The notes beneath the pieces are model-generated. The model did not search any database. It was given only the letters and a program-made list of their open reading frames with translations, and had not been told where the DNA came from. From Octopus sinensis (lineage: Eukaryota): a stretch of DNA of 64,000 nt. Shown one piece after another: positions 11,423 to 26,977 of this stretch. Made by a program: the position numbers and the translations under genes. Location: contig NC_043000.1 in the NCBI RefSeq assembly GCF_006345805.1, positions 129,270,001-129,334,000 on the forward strand. Direction: 5' to 3'. Within the stretch, counting starts at the first letter, position 1. The number at the start of each line of letters is the position of its first letter.

Positions 11423-13620
11423 ATCGTCATCATCATCATCATCATCGTCGTTTAACATCCGTTTTCCATGCTGGCATGGGTTGGATGGTTCGACTGGGGT
11501 CTGCACCAGGCTCCTATCTTATCTGGCAATATTCCTACAGCTGGATGCCCTACCTGACGCCAACCACACTGAGAGTGTAGTAGGTACTTTTTACATGCCA
11601 CCGGTACAGGGACCAAAAGAGGCTTGCAACAACTATGATCAGAAGGTGGGATTTTTATGTGCCACCGGCACAGAAGCCAGTCAAGGCAGCACTGGCATCA
11701 GCCAAGTTCGAATGGTGCTTTTTACATACCACTGGCACGGGGATCGCAACAATTTCCATTTGATTTTGATGTACTTGACTCAATAGGTCTCCTCAAGCAC
11801 AGCATGTCACCCTATGTTTCAAGGTACTTTTGAGTGGGCTGGTTACATGACACTGGTGTAGGTTACAGCTGTGAACTCACTTTATTTGCCATGTCTTCTC
11901 AGTCACAGCACATCATTGCCTCTACGAGGCCCAACATTCGAAGGTCATGCTTCACCATCTCATCCCATGTTTTCCTGGGTCTCCCTCTACCCCAGATCGT
12001 TTAACTGTTTGGGAGTGGCACTTCTTTACACAGCTCTCCTCATCCATCCATAGTACATGATCATACCAGCGCAAACATTTCTCTTGCACACCACATCTGA
12101 TGCTTTCTTTCAGGGAGCTTACAATCTGTTGTGTGTGCACACTGACATCACACATCCAGTCGATCATGTTAGCTTCATTTCTTTTGAGCCTACACATGTC
12201 TTCAGCAGTCACAGCCCATGTTTCACTGCCGTGAAGCATGGCAGTTCTCATACATGCATTGTATAATCTACCTTTCACTCTGAGTTAGAGGCCCTTTGTC
12301 ACCAGTAGAGGTAGAAACTTTCTGAACTTTGCCCAGGCTATTCTTATTCTAGTGGTAACACTCTCTGAGCATTCACCCCCCCCCCCCACTACAGACTTGG
12401 TCACCTAGCTAGTAGAAGCTATCAACTACTTCTAGTTTCTCCCACTGGAATGTGATGGAATCTGTTTTCTAAGCATCTGTGGTGTTTATTGACCCTGTGC
12501 ATCTGCCGCGCACGAAAGCTATCTTCCTGATTAATCTTCATTTGATGTTGCTGTACCTCTTATGTGTCCATAACTTACACTGGGTACATCTTATGGAGTT
12601 TCTACCTACATCTTTTCTACAGATTGAGCAGGGCCACCTACCTGAAGGTGTGTGTGATGTGTTCGCCTTCCTACTTACTAGAACTTTGGTCTTTGCAACA
12701 TTGACTCTAAGGCCCTTCAATTCTAAACCTTGCTTCCACAACTGAAATTTCTTCTCTAGTTCTGATAGTGACTCAGCAATTATAGCAAGGTCATCAGCAT
12801 AGAGGAGCTCCCAGGGGCAACCTGTCTTGAATTCCTCTGTTATTGCCTGGAGGACTAAAATGAATAAAAGGGGACTGATCCTTGGTGGACTCTTACTTTA
12901 CCTGGAATTCTTCACTTTACTCATTGCCAACCCTTACCTTACTAACTGCATCTCTGTATAGGGCCTGTACAGCCCCTATTAACCATTTGTCAATCCCCAG
13001 TTTCTGCATTGCCCACCAGATAAGGGATCGCGGGACCCTGTCAAAGGCTTTCTCCAAGTCCACAAATCCAAGTATAGGGGTTTATCTTTGGCTAGGTATT
13101 TCTCCTGCAGTTGTTGTATCAGGAATATAGCATCAGTGGTGGTTCTACTAGGCACAAAACTAAACTGCATCTCATCTAAGCAGACTCTCTCCCTAATTAG
13201 TTGGGCTATGACCCTTCATCCAGTAGGTTGATACCCCTGTAGTTATTTCTATCTAAAGTGTCACCTTTACCTTTGTAGCAGTTGACTATGGTGCTGCTAT
13301 GCCTGTCATTGGGTATGACTCTATCATGAACTACCTGGTTTACATTACAAGTGACTAGGCCATAGCCTACATCACCAGATGTTTTAAGCATCTCAGCAGC
13401 GATTCCTGATGGGCTGAAGTCTTTTCCTGGCTTCATACCCTAATTGCTTTATCTACCAGGGTGCTGTCTATTCATATAGCTGGTCCCTCTACTGGGTCCA
13501 AATTTGGCAGGATCTCCTCCTCCCATTCATTCTCCATGTTCAGCAGTCTTTCACAATGGCTTCTCCAAGCCTCTTTCTTTTCCGAATCACTAAAAACAAG
13601 TGCACCATCATCCATGCAAA
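11423..13620 (-). mobile_element. RTE-clade LINE, 5'-truncated and degraded: RT with Cys-rich insertion, 3' UTR and (GAT)n tail
   Basis: ORFs 13206-13436 (YKGKGD..NYRGINLL), 12979-13170 (TTDAIF..QLQEKY), 12538-12741 (GLRVNVAKTKV..WPCSICRK..RCTQCKLWTH) and 11952-12278 (MLHGSETW..LRWYDHV). Confidence 0.9.
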
Positions 13621-14151
13621 GTGAAAAAATGCTTGTGGAGCACTGGCCTGGACATGTGACTTATTTTACATTAAAACCATTAAAAATGTTTCCAGTCTCG
13701 ACAACAACACAAAAGGTGCCTTCAGATTTTCTTCCTAATATCTAGGATTTAAAAAAATTTAATTTTTTAAACTACTAGTTTCATACATTTTGTTTATAAC
13801 GTTGACAATATACTTCAAGTAGACCAACTTCCTGCTGTCTTTCAGCTACCCAACATTGCTCAATGCTGGCTTTGAACTCAGGGCTTTCTTTTCTCGCATA
13901 GAGTTTTAATATTTTTAACCACTAAGAACTCTAAAATTATCCATCGAAAATAAAGATTCCAACTTCAAACCTATCTTAAAGAACCACAAGAATTAAGCAC
14001 TTGAAGATATTCTAGAATTGATTCAAGAGTAATGTAGTCGCAATCACAAACATATCAAGAATGGGGTTAACAATCTTTTAATTTTAAATCTCAGTAATTA
14101 ATCATAGATATCAAGACAGTTAATCTTCTTGAAAAAAATAATCCTACATAC

Positions 14152-14342
14152 CAAGCTGTTCTAGATTTCTTGTTGAAATGAGCAAATTATGAGGCTTTAT
14201 ATTATTCTGATATAATAGACATCGAATGATTTGTTGTCCAAGAACGCCACAGCCAATTATACCAATACGAATACCAGGTATATTTGGGTCAGATATTTTG
14301 GGACTTGTTTCTTTATTTAATTCTTTTGAAATTATAGTTTTC
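14152..14342 (-). CDS. NOXRED1: NOXRED1-like, coding exon 2 (Rossmann GxGxxG motif); missed by the ORF track
   Basis: Acceptor tcttttctgttaatccag; donor G|GTATGT. Length 191 nt, phase 2 to 1. KTIISKELNKETSPKISDPNIPGIRIGIIGCGVLGQQIIRCLLYQNNIKPHNLLISTRNLEQL. Confidence 0.9.
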
Positions 14343-14479
14343 CTGGATTAACAGAAAAGAACAGATAACATGAAAATAAAGAGATAAGAGTGCACTCACA
14401 CACACTGAACATATAAGCAAGCAAGAACACAACCACACAATGACACACACACACACACACACACACACATATCTGAATG

Positions 14480-14825
14480 TGGCCAATGCCGAGTCAAGTA
14501 CATCAACATCAGCAATATCAAAATCAAATCAAATGGAAATTGTAGTGGTGAGCCCCGTGCCAGTTCCACGTAAAAAGCACCATCCGAATGTGGCCGATGC
14601 CAGTGCTACCTTGAGTGGCTTCTGTGCTGGTGGCACGTAAAAAGCACCCACTATACACTCAGAGTGATTGGCATTAGGAAGGGCATCTAGCAGTAGAAAC
14701 ACTGCTTGATCAGATTGGGGGCTGGTGCAACCTCCTGGCTTCCCAGACACCAGTTGAACTTTCCAACCCATGCCAGCATGGAAAACGGATGTCAAACGAT
14801 GATGATGATGATGATGATAATGATA
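14480..14825 (+). mobile_element. RTE LINE 3' UTR fragment with (GAT)n tail
   Basis: ggcacgtaaaaagcacccactatacactc...catgccagcatggaaaacggatgtcaaacgatgatg. Confidence 0.8.
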
Positions 14826-16699
14826 TATATATATATATACACAATGAATATGCTATGATATGAGAAATGTATTGTCAGTTTGCAGTTTGTGATATGTGTA
14901 TAACTTTATGCTATTTCTATTCATTCTACATTTTTTTTTCTTTTTTGCTTGGTATAAACATAGTATAATATCATTTAAACATCTGCATATATTTTACAAA
15001 ATAATCTTTAACTTTTCAAATTTTAGCATTTCATAGTCTCAGTATCCACACTACTACGACATTTAGTTGAGTGTCTGTGTGTACATGTGAGTGTGGTGTG
15101 TGCATGCAGATAGATGATGGCGGTGGTGGTGGTGGTCAATCTTCTAATCAAAGGAAGAAAACTATATTTCCATCTATTTTTTACAAATTGTTGATACAAT
15201 CAGTCAGTTGCAACATCTGGCAGAAGTTCTGCTATTTTTCAGTGATGGAGCAGAATTAGAATTCTAAGTGCACAGACCCAGAACAGATACTGCAAGGCAT
15301 TACATCCAATGCTCTCACAATTCTGACAATTCGCTGCCCTAGCCTGCTAATTTAAAAATTTTTTTTATCAATCCTGAAAGGATGAAAGATGAGGTGATCT
15401 TGGCAGGATTTGAACTTAGAACACCAAGTTGAAACAAATATTGTGAGGCTTTCTATCCAGCACCCTAGCAACTCTGGAAATCTGCTGTCTTTAAGACAAA
15501 CATACACATATTAAAGGCAATGCTCCAGCATGGCTGCTGACAAATAACTGAAACAAGTAAAAGAATAAAAGAATATATACTTCTACCAGTTTAATCAACC
15601 TTATACACAAATACACACACATACACATATGCATATCTACCAATCAACTACCTTATATACAGACACACACACGTATTTACCCATTTGTTACTCTTTACTC
15701 AGATACACACACACACACACATACACTCTCTCTCTTTTCTCTTTCACATACACACAGACACAAACACACACATGCACACATGTATGTATCAACCTATTTG
15801 CTACCTTATACATAGATGCACACATGTCTGTATCTTAATTCATTGTCTCATACACAGCTGTTTACAGGTACATGTATGTGTGTCACAATTTGAATCTTCT
15901 GAAGTTATTTCTGCAGGTAATTTAGTGTTTTACTATAGCTGTTGAAATGTTTTGAATAATGCGTCCGCACATTTCTGCCACTGGATAGACAGAAAGTTTT
16001 CAGGAAGAATGTATTTTTCCAGATATTTTTTTTTATTCCTTACATGTTATGTTTCATTGATATCTCATATCCACTTTGGATTCAGAAGGGGGACAGAGAT
16101 AATAATAATATGTCATTCAATAATTTTGTCGATAATTGCAGAAACTTCCTCTAACCTAGCATAAACACACATTGTTCTGATGCAGCCATTCATTTCAATG
16201 AAGAAAACTAAAACAAGAGATTATCTGTTAATATAGGCATGAGAATAAACATTCTCTTTTTCTTAAATTAAGCATATAATATATTAGCTCCGGTATCAAA
16301 TACTGGAAGTCTCTTGCAATATAATGGTGGAATACTGGAGCTGTTCAAGAAATATCAAGAAATCAGGAAAAGAACATGCTAGATGGTATAGTCGATCATA
16401 TAAAACTGATGTCAAAGCAGAGCTGCAAAATATTTTCCATCTAATATTTAACTGAATAGCGACAAACTGACTGGCTGTACAACAAGAACAATCTGAAGAT
16501 GAGTTACAACAGCATGCAGAATGTGTTATGTGTTACTAAGAGTTACAATGACAAAATTACTTCAATCAAGTCAAGAGGAAAATTAGCTAGCATGGAATTG
16601 TCCCAATATAGAGTTTGCCTTTTAAATGGAAATATCTAGAAGATAAAATAAAAAAAAAAAACAAGCACAGTTCCCCTTGCTGACATCCCTATTAACAGT

Positions 16700-17258
16700 G
16701 ACTCAACAACCTACATAAAACTCATAGGGTATTCATTGTTTTCTACTCTAGGCACAAGGCTCAAAATTTGGGGGGAAAGGAAGGGGGGACAGTCGATAAG
16801 ATTGACCCACAGTATGCAACTGGTACGTAATTTATCAACCCCCAAAAGGATGAAAGGCAAAGTCAACCTTGACAGAGTTGGAACTCTAAATGTAAAAACA
16901 GACGAAATATTGCTAAGCCTTTTGCCCGGCATGCTAACATTTCTTATTTCTCTATTGCCCACAAGGGGTTAAACACAGAGGGGACAAACAAGGACAGACA
17001 AAAGGATTAAGTCGATTACATTGACCCCAGTGCATAACTGGTGCTTAATTTATCGACCCCGAAAGGATGAAAGGCAAAGTCGACCTTGGTGGAATTTGAA
17101 CTCAGAATGTAATGGCAGACGAAATACCGCTAAGCAGTTCACCCGGCAAGCTAACGTTTCTGCCAGCTCGCTGCCTAACATTTCACCTGGCATGCTAACA
17201 TTTCTACTGCTCAGCATTTCACCCGGCATGCTAACATTTCTGCCAGCTCACCGCTTTT
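16700..17258 (-). mobile_element. Tandem SINE family B copies (GCCTTTCATCCTTTCGGGGTCGATAAA core) with different 3' tails
   Basis: Two cores at ~16800-16900 and ~17020-17120. The head segment catgctaacatttct is reiterated at 17150-17250. Confidence 0.85.
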
Positions 17259-17769
17259 AATAGAGTACTCGTTAAAAATGGCAAAACCATTCAGCCTTGC
17301 ACTGGATATTACAATCATTTTTGAGCAGGTGTCTTCTCTGAGTTTGTTAATATGCTTGATTGAATTCAGAATTCAGTTGTTAACATGTTAGGTTCTCTTC
17401 TTTCTACTCGATTGGAATCTTTAGCTCAGCATCAAAATGTAACTATGTTGTCTTTTCTATAAGTTTTTCCTTGATCAATTCTCTGATTATCTTTGTGGTC
17501 TAGTACCCTCTGTCCAAACCTTTAACCCTTTCATTACTGTATTTATTTTGAGATGCTCTGTGTTTCTTTCAATTACTTTAAATATAACAAAGAATTTAGT
17601 AAAATAACTTAGTTATCATTCAGTTAGTGTTAGGAACATAAATTGTGACTAAGGTTTGGTGGAAGATTTTAATTAAAACCTTAAGAAAACAAGACATTTG
17701 TACAACAGAGCCAGAGCCGGTTTCATAGCACATGCACAATATTTTTTTAAACACTCAAAGGAAATAACC

Positions 17770-19200
17770 TATAGCATCTCCACTTACAGCTGTTAGTTTT
17801 TAGCGAAGCGATCAATACTTGATTCTCATGATCAGTGCACCTAATTTTGCATTTCACTACTCACAGTTTTCAACTGCTAAACCTTATTATTGCACTTTCT
17901 TGATGCATGTACACTTTCAATACCCATAACTCCAATAATTCTGCATTTTTTTCAGTTAAAATTTTTCAATGACAGTACATAAATTTTTGATTCCAAAACG
18001 TATTTTATAAGTGTGTCCCAATACAATGAACTCATTCTTTGAATGCTTAAAATTCTTAAGAAATGAAACCAAACTTCCACATCACATTCAGTTGGGACAC
18101 CCTGTATCACTTATACTTATCATAATATTTACTGCTTCTTTACAGTTCATACAACATTTTCATGAAACTAATTGAGCCATCAAATTTAGAAATATTTTAC
18201 AGGTTTCATTGTTTATATTCGATTATTTTGAATATTGATTTTTTTGTGTGTCCAATTTCTAATTTTTGCAGACAATATCACTTTTATACTTTATTTGACA
18301 TGTGAATAGAACTCGTGTCTGGAAACCTCGTGACATACTTAGATTGTTGACAAAAATTGATAACAGATCCAATGGATCCTTCTATTTACTACATATCACT
18401 AATATTTTATTTAAACAACCCAAGGGAAATAACCCATACCACCTGCAGTTTTTAGTGAAGTGGTCAATATTTGATTCTCACAATCAGCTGACCTAATTCT
18501 GTATTTCACTACTCAGATTTGAACTGCTAAACATTATTATTGCACTTCTTTGATTTGAATCTTAAACCTTAAAGACTTCATTCATACATTTCTATACATA
18601 TATACATTTTTGAATGCCCATTACTCCGATAGTTCTTCATTTTTACAGTTAAACTTTTTCATGACAGTAGATACATTTTTTATTTCACAACATATTTGTA
18701 GTGGCTTCATGCAGGCATAGCGTGGATTTGATCCTCGATTGCCAAATTTCACTTAACTCTTCAACAGTGCTTTTCTCATGGTACAACAATAGTTTTTTCT
18801 GTGAATGACAGCAGTTAAACATTTCCCAGATGCCTTCACTAAGCAGAATAGTGTCTTCGCCACTTGACCCTTCTAACCTCTTCTAGACTACCAGGGGCTT
18901 GAATGGAGATAACAAACCTCCAACGAAATCATATGTTCTCAACAATATGTCTATCCTTCTGGTTGCTTTTCGATAGATATAAAAACAAGAACTCCATAAG
19001 CTAAAGGCAGTTATTGAGAGCGACCATCAGTGAGTATGAACGTTATTATTGCACTTTCTTCATTTCATTCTTAAACATTAAACACTTCATTCATATATTT
19101 ATATATATACTACATTTATATATTACCTTTAATAAATTAGCCTTCATAAAGTTCACCTTTAAAATGCCATTACAAGTCAGAGTACTTTTTCACCAACCTC
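17770..19200. mobile_element. Degraded Tc1/mariner-type DNA transposon remnants
   Basis: TIR-like ttgggacaccctg+TA at 18092-18106. A ~200-bp diverged segment is repeated at ~17785 and ~18440. Faint transposase C-terminal traces near 18870-19040. Confidence 0.4.
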
Positions 19201-19363
19201 CAACAATCTCTCCCTCCTCTAGCTGACAGTTGTTTTGTACTTCTTCATGGCAGAAAATACACCTTTTGTGGCAGTTATAATGAAATTGCTTTCTTATATC
19301 AGAGTAATAAGGCATTTCAATAGAACATCTTTACCAACAGGAATTACCAGGTACACCAGCTAG

Positions 19364-19422
<59 letters not shown>

Positions 19423-19729
19423 AGAGAGAAAGAGAGGCAGATACATACACACACACACACACACATATCTATAAGTGTGTAAGTCATCTAAGAGTCCATA
19501 TATGTGTGTATATGTGAGTATAAAAAGATATATGCTTAAATATACATAAATACTCCTTAGAAAGAAAATGCCTAAAGGGTATTTTTACCTGATATGTTAT
19601 AAGCTATCATTTATAGCTTCACTTGTATTTGAACATCTCGAAGAAAAAAACTTATAAATCTCTTAATACTTTAAATGAAGCAAAATACACACACATAAAG
19701 ATAAGTATGCAAAAGTGTGTGTGTGTGTA

Positions 19730-19763
<34 letters not shown>

Positions 19764-20392
19764 AGTGAAGTTAAATATATTTGGGAAGAAAAACAACAGA
19801 AAATGTGAGATCACAGAAGGATGTAAAATCGTTTGATTTCAGTAGTAACATCTGCTTTAGCTAATTTAGAGCCTGATTGGGAAAAAGAAAAAAGATTAGA
19901 ATAGCAACAAAGATTATATTCTAAAAATAATAGTAATTCAAACTGCAGTTTAAGGGCGCAAATCAAGGATATCAAATACTGAAAATGAGGAAAATTATTC
20001 ATGGCTTTTGAAATCAAATGTAGAAAGATGCTTTGCCTGCCATATGCAGAGAATGAAACTAATGAATATTAAGAAAGAAATTATTGGGAAAGCTGCAGTT
20101 CAAGAAATCATTCTGTAAATTTTCAAAAGGCATAAACGAAGTGGTTTGGTTATTTGGTTATGTAACCTGATGGCACGACACTCTACATTTAGTGAATATT
20201 GTCATACACAGGTAGGAATATGTGTGTTTTGATGGAAATCATGAGACTGGATGGTAATTGAGAGAACTTTTGCTTCAACAACTACGACATACACCGGAGA
20301 TTGATTACTAGATCTAAATTTTTAAAAACTAACATGAAACCTTGATAAGAAAATGGCTACAGATACACACACACACACACACACACAAAGTA

Positions 20393-20790
20393 TCTCTTTT
20401 ACTCTTTTATTTGTTTCAGTCATTTGATTGCGGTCATGCTGGAGCACCGCCTTTAATTAAGCAAATCGACCCTAGGACTTATTCTTTGTAAGCCTAGTAC
20501 TTATTCTATTGGTCTCTTTTGCTGAACCTCTAAGTTACGGGGACATAAACACACCAGCATCGGTTGTCAAGCGATGTTGGGGGGACAAACACAGACACAC
20601 ATTCATATACACACAATATATATGTACATATATACGATGGGCTTCTTTCAGTTTCTGTCTACCAAATTCACTAACAAGGCTTTGGTCGGCCTGAGACTAT
20701 AGTAGAAGACACTTGCCCAAGGTGCCACGCAGTGGGACTGAACCTGGAACCATGTGGTTGGTAAGCAAGCTACTTACCACAGAGCCAAAA
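20393..20790 (-). mobile_element. SINE family A
   Basis: Reverse complement of 9236-9660. Confidence 0.88.
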
Positions 20791-21944
20791 GCTATATTTT
20801 GTGTATCTATAGCTCTTTATTGATATCCTCCACATATGTCAGAGTAGTAATCATGGTGTTGCCAACATGTTTATTAAAGTAACCAGCCATGTTAATAATG
20901 TCAGCACCATTTGTTCTTGAGCTGATCTGTAAAGGAGTTTCGTAGTAATGCTCCTTTTACTCATGTCAGTCCTAAGTGTGGTGCTTATAAATAAAGAAAT
21001 GATACTGTCGTGCTGCCTATGACTAGTTTAAGCTTAATGATTCTGTTGCACACTCTAGCTATGTCAATTACCTTATTTATTTCACTGATAACAATAAACT
21101 AATGCACCCACCCTTGCGCTGTTACCCACCCAAAATTTGTCCCTGAATTCTGACTGAGGCTCCCTTCCATCTTATCTTTTGCACATATCTATTCATATCA
21201 GCTCCAGTATCTCCACAATCTTTCTAGACCTGAAGAGGATAACCCCGAAGTTTTGCACCAACAAGAAGAAAATAGAAAGTTCTCTTGGTAGGAAGGTTGT
21301 TGTTTAATGTTTGTTTTCTGTCTCTGAATAAAAGTGTATTTATATGCTCATCTGACAGCCAAGAGGTTTTCACACACAGCCAATTGTTTCGACCTGACCA
21401 CTACACTACCATACACAGGACTAACATAGTAGATATCAGTCTTATGTACATAAACATAGGGTTTTTCATTATATTTGTGATTGTCAGGATATTGACTTTT
21501 ATTGGTTATCTACTCTTCCTAGCACCAACCACTTTAAATCATATGTTGTATTTATTTTTTTAATCTTGCCACCAGCATTAGAAAGATTATCTGTCAGGAC
21601 TAAAGTATCCACTATAGATTGTATCAGTTTCTATTGAGAATTATTGCTCTTTTATCCAGGTTGTCTTCATTGCAGCTTACAGTTTCCATGTCTCCCTCAT
21701 GCAAAATTTTCAGAGGTACTGCTCTCCCAGGTAGGTTACCCGCAATATGGCTCATGTCTTTCCATATTACATTTAAGGAGAGGTACTCACAGGATAGGGG
21801 TAGGAGGGAGAGGGAACTTACAGTATACTGGTGGCTTTATTTAGCAGGGTGGTTTGAAGGTAGCTTAGAGTAGGCAGGTGGATTGTTTAGAGAGTATAAA
21901 TTCAAGAATTGTATGGGTGTATAAATTCCAAGAGTAGTTTCTTA

Positions 21945-22175
21945 TTTCTTTATTGCCCACAAGGGGCTAACTGTAGAGGGGACAAACAAGGACAGACAAA
22001 GGGATTAAGTCGATTACATCAAACCAAGTGCGTAACTGGTACTTAATTTATCGACCTCGAAAGGATGAAAGGCAAAGTTGACCTCAGCAGAATTTGAACT
22101 CAGAACGTAACGGCAGACGAAATACTGGTAAGCATTTCGTCCGGCGTGCTAATGTTTCTGCCAGCTTGCCACCTC
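21945..22175 (-). mobile_element. SINE family B
   Basis: Reverse complement of 43955-44170, with CpG decay. Confidence 0.85.
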
Positions 22176-23087
22176 CCAAGAGTAGTTTCTAATAGGTTGG
22201 TTGGTTGGTTGGTTGGTTGGAGTAAAGGTAACTGGCCATATTTGCCATGATGGAGTGTAAGAGTGGGAGAGATTTACTAGACTAGACATTAAGTAGACAC
22301 TGCTTATAAAATATTAAAGGTGATTATAGTTTCTAGAAAAGTTAATAATCATAATATGCTTATCTTAATTACATATAAATAATTTATATGTAATTATAAT
22401 ATAAACATATGTACTAATACAATAAAATACATACATATACATACACATACACACATACATGTGCATGTGTGTGTGTGTGTATGCATTTATACACACACAC
22501 ATACATAATCAATCCATCTATCCATCTTTATCTTCTTAAAGGAAAATCAAATTGATTCGGTTTCTCCTTCAAGTCTTTAATTCATTTAACAACAAAATTT
22601 GCAAAGCTTCTATAAAATTGATTTCTAATATGGACTAAGAGAGTGAGAAGGATATTGGTAAATAAGTGGAACCGTCTCTTTCTTTCGTGCATCAAAAAAA
22701 CAAAAAAAAAAACAAATAGAAATTGTTTAATGATTGTTCAGTGTGAGGAGTTGGTTTCATCAAACCCACAATAGAACAAAAAGACAAAGTTGATGCTGGT
22801 GGTATCAAGACACAGAGATTGACTAAATGCTGCAATGCAGCAGTCTCAAAGTTTCTATAAATTAACCATAAGTATTCTTCGTATAACTTTTATCTCTTAC
22901 TTGTTTCAGTCATTAGACTGTGGCAATGCTGGGGCACCACCTTGAAGGGCACTTACATTTTTTTTAAATCTGCTACTCATTCTATTGATTTCTTTAGCTG
23001 AACCACTGAGTTATGGGGATGTAAACAAACTAACACCAGTTGTCAAGCTGTAGCGGGGGTTGTCAAACAGACACAAACATACGCATG

Positions 23088-23118
<31 letters not shown>

Positions 23119-23160
23119 ACTAGGCTTCCCCAAAGTTTTTCATCTATCAAATTCACTCAC

Positions 23161-23421
23161 AGTGGAGACGCGTAGCTTAGTGGTTAGGGTGTCAGTACCA
23201 TGATCGTAAGATTGTGGTTTCGATTCCTGGACCGGGCAACACGTTGTGTTCTTGAGCAAAACACTTCATTTCACATTGCTCCAGTTCACTCAGCTGGCAA
23301 AAATGAGTAACGCTGCGATGGACTGGCGTCCCGTCCAGCTGGGGAACACTTACGCCATAGAAACTGAGAAACCGGGCCCATGAGCCTAGCTAGGCTTTAA
23401 AAGGGCGCATTTATTATTATT
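23161..23421 (+). mobile_element. SINE family C nested inside an older family A copy (~22890-23500, minus)
   Basis: 12-bp TSD AAATTCACTCAC at 23149-23160 and 23422-23433. The host SINE sequence resumes after the TSD. Confidence 0.9.
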
Positions 23422-23899
23422 AAATTCACTCACAAGGCATTGGTGATCCTGTAGCTATTGTAGAAGACACTTGCCCAAGGTGCTGCACAGAGGTCAAGAA
23501 GGCTCAGAAACTTCAGTGAAATTAAAAACGTTATTATTCAAAAAATACTTATGAAAGTGTGAAGTATATTTGCCACTTAAATGTGGCTAAACCTTAAGGG
23601 TGGATGCTACTGTAGCTTGAAGCCCCAGGAGGACACCTCCTCCAGCTGGCTATTGACACACTTTCTGTGCTCTATCAGTATTTGCAAAGGGAAGTCATCC
23701 TTCCTATATCGTGCAGCTACTGTGTATACCTTGCTCAGAGATTTATTATTACTTATGAAAGAAAATATTGAAAATCATTAATAAACACTAGATTAGCATT
23801 GAACAAAGTTGTGTCTTAACTATGTGATTTAAAGACATTCTGTTCTCTCTGTCTCTGTCTGTCTCTCTCTCTGTGTTAAACCAAACATTTTTTCTGAAT

Positions 23900-24316
23900 C
23901 ACAATGTTGACCAAGTTGCAGTTTAATCTTGGACATCAGATGGGAATACTATTTGACTAATAGCAAAGACCTGGAAAGAGCCAACAGTCAAGCATTGAAT
24001 CGCTGATCATGAAAGGTCAGGACATGTAGCAAGAATTGCAGAGTCAAGGTTCCCACACCAAATCTTATTCAGCGAGCTCACTCCAGGGAAAAAGACCAAG
24101 GGATTGCCCTCTGCAGGTGGCACATAAAAAGCACCATTTGAGCATGGTCATTGCTATTACTGCCTGACTGGTGCTTGTGCCGGTGGCACGTAAAAGCACC
24201 CACTACACTCTCGGAGTGGTTGGCGTTAGGAAGGGCATCCAGCTGTAGAAACTCTGCTAGATCAGATTGGAGTCTGGGCTAGCATGGAAAGTGGACATTA
24301 AACGATGATGATGATC
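23900..24316 (+). mobile_element. RTE C-terminal remnant followed by an RTE 3' end with (GAT)n
   Basis: Degenerate GHVAR..SR.P.QIL.SEL..GKR motif at ~24010-24110. The 3'-UTR block lies at 24110-24316. Confidence 0.6.
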
Positions 24317-24329
24317 ATATATATATATA

Positions 24330-25720
<1,391 letters not shown>

Positions 25721-26504
25721 TCTGTAAACATCATATCAGTTGTACTGCAATTTGGTCAACAGCCACATTTTGACACAGGAAGAAAGTCTAATCATGCACA
25801 CACACACACACGCACACATGTTCTGTCATGAAAATCAATTGACGTTTGAACACCAATGTGGTTAGAAAAATATAAAGGAAAGAGAACATCTATGGATCAT
25901 TGATAAGGAGTTTGCAAATCCAGTACCCAAGATACTTTCAGCTTCATACCTATTATCATTACAGCAACAGGATACACACCAACCCAACTGGAGCAAAGTA
26001 TGGCTGAACTTTGGATCTTGAGAAGAGAATGCAAATCCTTCATTCATATGCTACAAATGGTTGTGATATCTGGGACTACAAAAGCCTGCAAGACCTTCTT
26101 AAGATTTAAAGGATAATGGTTAAAACAAGAAGCTTTGCTTCATAAACCTGCTACCAAATAGGTGACTGGTCAAAATTCATACATACATATGTATGTTCAT
26201 ACATACATACGTATGTACGTACATACATACATATATACACATATATAAATTTAGTGTGCTTCTCTTTTGGATTTATAATTTACTAACTATAAACATATTT
26301 ACACACACAGAGTCACACATAAGACTTCAAAAATCAGGTACTAAAATGGTAAAGCACCAGGTCAGGTCAAACAAAGGGAATCGTGTATATTACGAAAGTA
26401 TAGGAACAAATATCTACATACCGAAGTATAGACAAATTATTATTCCAGTTGTATATATGATTAACTGCAACCAACTGTTGTTATATATATATATTTTTTT
26501 TTTT

Positions 26505-26892
26505 TTTACTTGTTTCAGTCATTTTGACTGCGGCCATGCTGAAGCACCGCTTTTAATCGAGCAAATCGACCCCAGGACTTATTCTTTGTCAGCCCAGTAC
26601 TTATTCTATCGGTCTCTTTTGCCGAACCGCTAAGTAACGGGAACATAAACACACCAGCATCGGTTGTCAAGCAATGCTAGGGGGACAAACACACACACAC
26701 AAACATACACGCACATACATATATATACATATATACGACGGGCTTCTTTCAGTTTCCGTCTACCAAATCCACTCACAAGGCTTTGGTCAGCCCGAGGCTA
26801 TAGTAGAAGACACTTGCCCAAGGTGAAACGCAGTGGAACTGAACCCGGAACCATGTGGTTGGTAAACAAGCTACTTACCACACAGCCACTCC
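26505..26892 (-). mobile_element. SINE family A
   Basis: Full-length reverse copy. Confidence 0.88.
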
Positions 26893-26939
26893 TATATATA
26901 TATATACTTTATTTAGAAACAGAAGAAATATAACAAAAG

Positions 26940-26977
26940 CTGTTACTCAGAGTTTCCCGTTCCCCTTCGTCAGACAG
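26940..26977 (-). ncRNA. Hammerhead-like motif with disrupted stem II
   Basis: Minus strand reads CTGT-CTGACGA-aggggaacgg-GAAA-CTC t GAG-T-A-ACAG. Confidence 0.5.
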
